IMG/VR virus record: IMGVR_UViG_3300045993_000417
Coordinates: 1-64,000 of that record
DNA: 64,000 nucleotides
From: a virus
Strand: one strand, 5' to 3'
A program made the position numbers and the translations under genes. The notes below the pieces were generated by a model. That model made no database searches. It had not been told where the DNA came from and worked only from the letters and a program-made list of their open reading frames with translations. Of the stretch, positions 57,768-64,000 are shown one piece after another. The first letter of the stretch is position 1; every line of letters starts with the position of its first letter.

Positions 57768-57985
57768 TGACCATACAAAATAAATCAAGCACTATAATCC
57801 CATCAGTACACGCTATAACTCCGGTTAAACTGTACTTAGATCAGGTGAAGAATATAATGGATGGTGTACGAGCTGCGTCTAACGGCCAGTCTTTCATACC
57901 CAATCAATACGGTGGACTATTCGGTCAAAGAGAAGTCTATCGTGAAAAGGTAGTGCTTCAAACAGTTGATTTTAATATGGGTTAA
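57767..57985 (+). CDS. Hypothetical tail protein
   Basis: Coupled ORF. Confidence 0.55.
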   Translation: MTIQNKSSTIIPSVHAITPVKLYLDQVKNIMDGVRAASNGQSFIPNQYGGLFGQREVYREKVVLQTVDFNMG

Positions 57986-57989
57986 TCAT

Positions 57990-59561
57990 ATGGCTATCGG
58001 TACCTTCAGCGCAGAACAGACTATGCAAGAACAGATGGCGGACCTTACCCGTAGGCCTATGGAGTCAGCTGCGTCAGTTGCTACAGTTAAATCTACAGCT
58101 ACCTCTACAATAGCAGATACTAAAACAGATATACTTAGTAAGATTAATTGGAGTGCTCCACTCCCTCAGAACGAGCGTCTATATGTTTCTAGACCTAGAA
58201 GTGTATCTAACGACCCAACTAAAAACATAAAGGGTGATGGTGGGGATAGGGGAACTCGTGCGTACATAAGATTACTTACTGAGAATCAACCGGGTGTAGA
58301 CTCAAGGTTAAAAGACTCTGACCTTACTTATACTAGGGATGCAGCTTTTCTTACATCAGATGGGAAGTACGGCGGGTACGCTGATTTCTTATTAACAGGA
58401 GTCTCCTGTAATTTAGAGGAGAAGCTTCAGGTAGTACAAACCTTCGGAGATGCAGAGGTTACTTATTACTTCGGGCGTCGTCCTATGATATTTAGCTTCT
58501 CAGGTTTACTAATAGATTCTGTAGATAATAATTGGTTTATACACTGGTTAAAACTATACAACGATGTAATGCGTGGTAGTGCCTTAGCTAAAAACTATGA
58601 GCTGCTGAAAATAGTTTTGCCAAATATGACGCTTACTGGGACTATCAATAACTTCTCATGGCAACAAGAGTCATCTAATGATATATCAATACCCTTCTCT
58701 TTTAACTTTTTAGCTAAGAGAATAGACCCAACTACTGCTGATCTACCAACGGGTGCGTTCTCCCCACAGGGTATAAGCTCTTTGAGAATGAACTCAACGG
58801 CGTTACCTACATTAAACCAATCCCAGATTGAGGAGATTAAACGTAGGGCGGCTGAACTAGATAAAGCTATACAAGATCCTAATATAATAAGTAGGGATTT
58901 GGCGTTGATGACCTCCCATCACTCGACCGGTATAGCTACTATAGGTATTGATGGAGTACCGACCTTATTTTCCAAAGGTAACCTCGGAGTAGTAGACCAG
59001 ACCACATTTAATGGATGGTCTAGCACTTTCTCTGGAGTTAGAACCCAGTTGTTCTCTCCTACGTTCGGTGTACTCTCTGGATTAACAAAACTAATCAGAA
59101 TAGCTACTGGTAATGTAAGCGGTATTGTTAATGTATTTAGTGGAGGTGTCAACGGCGTCCTAAGGGATATTAATAGTATATCGTATGGTGCCACTAACTT
59201 AATAAACATGGTTAACTCCACTGTTAAAGGGGCGGCATCTCAGGTAGCTAATGTAAGAACTAACTACGCTAACACTTTGGCTACATTAAAGAAAACTAAG
59301 GGGGTTATAGTTAATGCCCCCAATACTATACATGATTCACTAGTAGGAATGGTGTCTACTGGTAAGGCTAAATCTACATCACCCCTTCTATCCGGTTCAA
59401 TAGGTCATGCATCTTCTGGTGCTCTTTTACAGTCTATAACTAAGGCTAGAACTCTATCTGGAATAAAATTACCCTTGTCAGGAGGAGGACGTATGAGTAT
59501 AATGATGGCACTTAGTTCTGGTACGCCACGCACTAGACAGCGTGGACCGACTTTAAAATAA
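57990..59561 (+). CDS. Baseplate/tube-initiator-like protein
   Basis: Tube-like domain (EKLQVVQTFG...FGRRP..FSFSGLL). Start revised to the ATG at 57990. Confidence 0.55.
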   Translation: MAIGTFSAEQTMQEQMADLTRRPMESAASVATVKSTATSTIADTKTDILSKINWSAPLPQNERLYVSRPRSVSNDPTKNIKGDGGDRGTRAYIRLLTENQPGVDSRLKDSDLTYTRDAAFLTSDGKYGGYADFLLTGVSCNLEEKLQVVQTFGDAEVTYYFGRRPMIFSFSGLLIDSVDNNWFIHWLKLYNDVMRGSALAKNYELLKIVLPNMTLTGTINNFSWQQESSNDISIPFSFNFLAKRIDPTTADLPTGAFSPQGISSLRMNSTALPTLNQSQIEEIKRRAAELDKAIQDPNIISRDLALMTSHHSTGIATIGIDGVPTLFSKGNLGVVDQTTFNGWSSTFSGVRTQLFSPTFGVLSGLTKLIRIATGNVSGIVNVFSGGVNGVLRDINSISYGATNLINMVNSTVKGAASQVANVRTNYANTLATLKKTKGVIVNAPNTIHDSLVGMVSTGKAKSTSPLLSGSIGHASSGALLQSITKARTLSGIKLPLSGGGRMSIMMALSSGTPRTRQRGPTLK

Positions 59562-59568
59562 AATAAAA

Positions 59569-60417
59569 ATGAGAAGCTACCTAACTTCACTTATATTCGA
59601 GAAGCTATTCGATAACGTCCCTGATAACGATAAGGACGTATATAATCTTGCTCAGATGGTAATATCACCACGTGTAAAAATAGTGGAGGAAAGCTGTGGA
59701 ACTACTGTAGGTGAGATAGAGACAATAGGGTATCGTATGGAGGGTGAAATTGAACTATCCACTAACACCCCTCTATCTAAGACTAGAATTAACTATCTGT
59801 TATCACAAGGAATTTATGAGGTAGCTACAGTTCACGTACATAAGTGCACCTCTAAAGGAGGAGTATGTGCCAGGTGTTTCTCTTCTGAATTTCAAGAACA
59901 GCCTGTACCAATTGTAGGAGATTACGTTGTTATTCCTTCAGAAAAAATAATACATATAGATGTGCTGGCCGGCTCGCTTGGTCAAAATAATTACCAATTA
60001 AGCATGGACGCGTCCCTGTTCAACAGAGTACGCTTGTACCATAACGGAATTCTAAAACCTACGTCGTCTTACTCTATATCAGGATATACACTAATTATAG
60101 ACTTCAGCATAGCTGAAGAGGAACACCTGGTAATTAAGTATGTGGACGCCACCACTACCCCATTAATGGGATACTTGTCTGATACGTATTCCGGATCATT
60201 ACTGGGGTTAGAGGCGCTGCCTACTCTATCTACTAGTATTAAGTCAGGATTACTTAAAGAGATAATACCTGAGGGGCGACTGGAACTTATAGCTAACAGA
60301 ATAAAATCCTTAGACATTCCAGTAGATCAATCTGAGTACATAGATAAAATAATTGATCCATTGGAAAAACTTTTATATGTAGTAGCACTTTACACGATAT
60401 ACACAAATGTCCTCTAA
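59569..60417 (+). CDS. Baseplate-cluster protein with an RNAP beta'-like Zn-binding domain
   Basis: IVEESCGT...HKCTSKGGVCARCF...PIVGDYV parallels ITVDDCGT...LTCEAHEGVCKKCY...PEIGENV in 11768..13597. Confidence 0.6.
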   Translation: MRSYLTSLIFEKLFDNVPDNDKDVYNLAQMVISPRVKIVEESCGTTVGEIETIGYRMEGEIELSTNTPLSKTRINYLLSQGIYEVATVHVHKCTSKGGVCARCFSSEFQEQPVPIVGDYVVIPSEKIIHIDVLAGSLGQNNYQLSMDASLFNRVRLYHNGILKPTSSYSISGYTLIIDFSIAEEEHLVIKYVDATTTPLMGYLSDTYSGSLLGLEALPTLSTSIKSGLLKEIIPEGRLELIANRIKSLDIPVDQSEYIDKIIDPLEKLLYVVALYTIYTNVL

Positions 60418-62881
60418 TACAGACGTCCTATACCAGAAGGTAACTTTATTTATAGAGGGCGTAGAAGTACCATATTCTTCAATATCTATCTCTCAAGCCA
60501 TAGGTAATATACCTTCTGCGTCTTTAGAGCTACCTCCAAGCCCTGGGTTAATGGATATCATTAGGTACTACCAACCCAAAGTACATATATTCTATGAAGA
60601 TCCTGTGCTTGGTAAGGATCGCCTACTGTTTTGGGGTTATATAACCTCCAATAGCTATAGCGCCTCCGTTCAATCGGCAAGTATAAACTTTCAATGTATT
60701 CATAAGAACCATGTTATTAACCACTTAACACTAGACTTCTCAGGGTATCCTGCTGGGGCTTACGCCAACTTCAGCCCTGGAGAAAATATGTTTATGCCAA
60801 GCAGCTTCGGGTCAACACACTCTCTAGTATTAGCTTTAAGAGGTATAGACAGAGTTCGTCTAGCTACCGAGACCTCAGATGAAATATCCGTTAGTAATCC
60901 TAATGTTATAAATGCTAGCCAATCCTTACTAGACCCTAAGTTTGCTGATGTCAAGGATAGGTGGGTAGGTATGCCTTCGGCTATGATGAATATGTGGAAC
61001 CAGCTTAAAGCTTCTGCGTATTATCTAAGTCAGTACAACTCTATACTAGTCGCCATGTACATACCTTTAATAGAGGATGGACTAAAACTGTTCAGTAGAG
61101 TTTCAGGTCATAACACAATAGAGGATGCTGTAAACGCATCCAAACAAGACATCTGCGATGATACAGGTAATAAGACAGATTCATCCAAGCCTATAATGGT
61201 TCCACCAGCATTCAGGCTACATTCTATGTCAGCTATACAAACCTCACTGTCTGTAGAGGCTATAGGTAACATGTTGGGATTTATGGGGGAGAAGACTGGA
61301 TTCTTCAGGCTATTCAGTGAGTTCTATTTGGCCTCCGAATATGAGGTAATAACGTTAGCCAGTCCTGCGTTAGTACCAAAAGATCCTAAAAAAACTTCTG
61401 TACATAATTCTGATGATTTAATGGCTATAGATGTAGTTATTAAACCTCAATTACCCTTCTACTATAGTCCCTTATGTAATGTTATTCTACCAAACATGTA
61501 CTCAAGCATACAGGTAGAACAAAATGAAAGTGTAGTCCCATCTAGGGTATCTATGATTCATAGTGCCATGCCTGGTGATGAACAAAAGGTAGGCCTATAC
61601 TATAGGGGGCCACACTCTATAAGAGAGTCAATAGTAACTGGATTATCTATAAGAGGGATAACTAGGTCTAACGAGACTCCTAAGCCCGACTCTACTAGTC
61701 TACCTAGTGTATTTGATACACCAACCTCTACTAATGCTAAAGTTATAGCTAAGAACAAAGTTGAGGTTATACCATCCCTCCATGAGTCCACCGGAGCCTC
61801 TTATAATGTTCCAGGTAAGTATGAGTTAGGAAGTGGATATAGACCTAAGCAGGTCATAGCTCCATCCTGGTTAGCGTACTTAGTCAAGCGTTGTAACGAG
61901 TCAGTAGCGTCTGGTACGGTTCTAACTGAGGAACACCCGGCTGATGATAGTGATATAGGTAAGATAACTAAAGATCTCCATGATGGGTGGGTGTTTACTC
62001 ATGCACGTAAGAATGGGAATGCAGATGCGTCTAAAGAACTCCTAGACCCTAACTTTAAAGGATCTGGAGTAGCTGCGTTCCAGAGAATACTGTTTGCTGC
62101 TGCAGACTACGACTACACTAAGGAGGTATTATCCTCAAAGACTGGATCTATCTCCTGTATTTTTAATCCTTACATAATACCAGGATATCCTATGGATATA
62201 GTAGCTAAGTCACCTAACTTACCTAGCTTCCATGCATTATGTGCGGCGGTAACTCATACTTTCACAGCAGACTCTATAAGTACCTCAGTGTCCTTTGTAA
62301 GTGCAGCTACGTACTCAGAACTATCTAACTATGATTTAATGCCATCTCACCCTTGGTTACAAACCTCCTTACAGCTATACAACGTTGATAGAGATGCTAC
62401 TAGCGGTGCAGTTACCAGCGTCATGTCTACTATAATAAACAACCCTAAGGCTAAGCTTAAGGCTGATAGTTTCTATATGTCAGTTCTCGGGGTAGGAGCT
62501 GCTGCTCCCTCTGATTTGGTTAACTTTAAAAACATGGAAATATACTCAAATAAAAGGGAGGGTGGTGTACTTAATCCTGGAACTGGTGGAGTTACGTATG
62601 GTGATAACGGAGGTCATCAGGGGGATGACACTACTGGTATAGGTAACCTGAAGTTGGTACACAGACCAATAGAAACAAGAGAATCTATAGAAAAAAACTT
62701 TAACTATTCCTTCATTGACTTAACTAAAGAAAACTATACTATTGATTCCCTAACGTACGGTGACCCTAAGCTTAATCCTATTAAGGATGATGGTATTCCA
62801 TTAGAGCCTGGAGCTAGCCTATTCTTAGACTATCCAGAGACCGTAGACTTTCTAAAAGCTAATAACATACAGGTCGTTTAG
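60407..62881 (+). CDS. Baseplate hub protein, putative
   Basis: LFIEGVEVP N-terminus and FNPYIIPGYP...VTHTF hub-like C-terminal pattern; position. Confidence 0.6.
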   Translation: MSSNTDVLYQKVTLFIEGVEVPYSSISISQAIGNIPSASLELPPSPGLMDIIRYYQPKVHIFYEDPVLGKDRLLFWGYITSNSYSASVQSASINFQCIHKNHVINHLTLDFSGYPAGAYANFSPGENMFMPSSFGSTHSLVLALRGIDRVRLATETSDEISVSNPNVINASQSLLDPKFADVKDRWVGMPSAMMNMWNQLKASAYYLSQYNSILVAMYIPLIEDGLKLFSRVSGHNTIEDAVNASKQDICDDTGNKTDSSKPIMVPPAFRLHSMSAIQTSLSVEAIGNMLGFMGEKTGFFRLFSEFYLASEYEVITLASPALVPKDPKKTSVHNSDDLMAIDVVIKPQLPFYYSPLCNVILPNMYSSIQVEQNESVVPSRVSMIHSAMPGDEQKVGLYYRGPHSIRESIVTGLSIRGITRSNETPKPDSTSLPSVFDTPTSTNAKVIAKNKVEVIPSLHESTGASYNVPGKYELGSGYRPKQVIAPSWLAYLVKRCNESVASGTVLTEEHPADDSDIGKITKDLHDGWVFTHARKNGNADASKELLDPNFKGSGVAAFQRILFAAADYDYTKEVLSSKTGSISCIFNPYIIPGYPMDIVAKSPNLPSFHALCAAVTHTFTADSISTSVSFVSAATYSELSNYDLMPSHPWLQTSLQLYNVDRDATSGAVTSVMSTIINNPKAKLKADSFYMSVLGVGAAAPSDLVNFKNMEIYSNKREGGVLNPGTGGVTYGDNGGHQGDDTTGIGNLKLVHRPIETRESIEKNFNYSFIDLTKENYTIDSLTYGDPKLNPIKDDGIPLEPGASLFLDYPETVDFLKANNIQVV

Positions 62882-62897
62882 TCTAAGATATATAATT

Positions 62898-63113
62898 ATG
62901 GCCGACTCTACTTTAAATAATAATCTAGGATATCCCAGGGCTGGTGAGACTGGTGTAAGAACATCTCTCATACCCACTGGCCTGGCTAAAAAAATGTCTA
63001 CTACGTCATTGGCTAATGAGTGTTTTGTCAACCAGAGGTTTAGCGGAAAACTACAGGCGTTCCTTATAGGATATAATAATAGCATTTACTCGGAACACAG
63101 TGTCTATCTATGA
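62898..63113 (+). CDS. Hypothetical protein
   Basis: Short ORF coupled to the sigma gene. Confidence 0.5.
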   Translation: MADSTLNNNLGYPRAGETGVRTSLIPTGLAKKMSTTSLANECFVNQRFSGKLQAFLIGYNNSIYSEHSVYL

Positions 63114-63880
63114 TCAAAGTGTCTTTTGCCCCACTACCACTTAACCCAGCTACTGAGGCACTCATTCCTGAAAGAGTCCCATTTAACTATTCTGAAGCAC
63201 GTAAGCGTGACCAGGATATGTTTGAGTCTTGGAAGAAGACGGGTAGTAAACGTGACCTAGGTAATTTGGTAGAGAGCCTAAGCCCCGTTATCAAGTCCGA
63301 AGTGAACAGACTTTCCGGTAGTCTACCTCCTGCAGCCCTATCTGCTGAGGCTAAGAAGTGGACGATTAAAGCTATACAAACATACGACCCTGCTCGTGGC
63401 ACTACCATCTCCACCCACGTCATGAACTACCTACCTAAGGTGAGGCGTATGAACTACAAGTTCCAGAACGCCGTAAGGCTTCCTGAGAACATGCAGCTGA
63501 AGTTTCATGAGTATAATCATGGACTTGCACAGCTCACCGAACAGCTTAATCGTGAGCCGTCTGACGATGAGTTGGCTAAGCATTTAGGTTGGAGTAAAGG
63601 CCACACAATCAAATTTAAGAACTCATTGTACTCCGACCTTATTGAGTCTAACACTGAGCGCCCTAATGAGTTTACCTCGTTTAACGAGAACGCTATTCTC
63701 ATGGCCCACTTGATGGATCAACTCTCTAGCGAGGAAAAATATATCTTGAACCATGCTAAAGGCATGACCGCTACTCAGTTGGCTGACAAACTGGGGGTTA
63801 ACATTAACAGATTAAACTACCTTAAATCTAAACTTGTAGAGAAAATTAAAGGTATTAAAACTGACATTAAGATGTACTAA
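63110..63880 (+). CDS. Phage sigma70-family (FliA/SigB-like) sigma factor
   Basis: IKAIQTYDPARGTTISTH (region 2), VRLPE, LNREPSDDELAKHLGW (region 3), C-terminal HTH. Confidence 0.85.
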   Translation: MIKVSFAPLPLNPATEALIPERVPFNYSEARKRDQDMFESWKKTGSKRDLGNLVESLSPVIKSEVNRLSGSLPPAALSAEAKKWTIKAIQTYDPARGTTISTHVMNYLPKVRRMNYKFQNAVRLPENMQLKFHEYNHGLAQLTEQLNREPSDDELAKHLGWSKGHTIKFKNSLYSDLIESNTERPNEFTSFNENAILMAHLMDQLSSEEKYILNHAKGMTATQLADKLGVNINRLNYLKSKLVEKIKGIKTDIKMY

Positions 63881-63882
63881 AC

Positions 63883-64000
63883 ATGGCCTCATATAAAGAA
63901 CAAGCAGCTTCCATATACTTAAACCTATCTAATTTTTTTAGGTCGGAAGCCTTAGCGTCTAATGATGCTACAGGTAGTGTACTACCTACAGAATTCAGGG
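63883..64000 (+). CDS. Hypothetical protein, 3'-truncated by the window edge
   Basis: ATG at 63883, open to the end of the window. Confidence 0.5.
   Translation, partial: MASYKEQAASIYLNLSNFFRSEALASNDATGSVLPTEFR

Noticed and set aside
1-64000. tRNA/rRNA genes and the many antisense or nested shadow ORFs in the track
   Set aside because: I saw no cloverleaf or rRNA signatures in the intergenic gaps. The shadow ORFs overlap well-supported genes and lack initiation signals.

Overview
This window is a 64-kb segment of a large (jumbo-like) contractile-tailed dsDNA phage. IHF consensus sites and a sigma70 promoter point to a proteobacterial host (inference). The + strand mostly carries late/morphogenesis genes: prohead protease, scaffold-like and inner-head proteins, decoration and major capsid proteins, neck, sheath, tube, spike, large terminase, a frameshifted tail chaperone, tape measure and baseplate. 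It also carries two separated pieces of a phage RNA polymerase beta' subunit and a sigma factor. Small - strand gene islands, each led by a GGTATAA promoter-like motif, are interleaved. The most notable elements are: (1) a phage-borne ubiquitin-like conjugation operon (Ubl, E2-like, JAB, E1/ThiF; PRTRC-like) whose JAB gene is split inside its HSH zinc motif by a 342-nt ORF-less group I intron; (2) a retron-type reverse transcriptase with an overlapping upstream gene and a structured downstream region, next to a 199-bp-arm inverted repeat (14 CGCACTT copies, IHF consensus sites) and a PD-(D/E)xK nuclease; (3) an N-terminal 'MNKYLEKIA' tag on about 11 otherwise unrelated proteins, sometimes repeated internally, resembling a capsid-targeting/protease-cleavage signal for ejected cargo (SNF2 helicase, ferritin-like domain, GNAT-like proteins); (4) eleven genes with a -10 hexamer exactly 6 nt before the ATG, implying leaderless late mRNAs. 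I found no tRNA, rRNA, CRISPR array or portal gene. All functional calls come from reading motifs by eye, without database searches.
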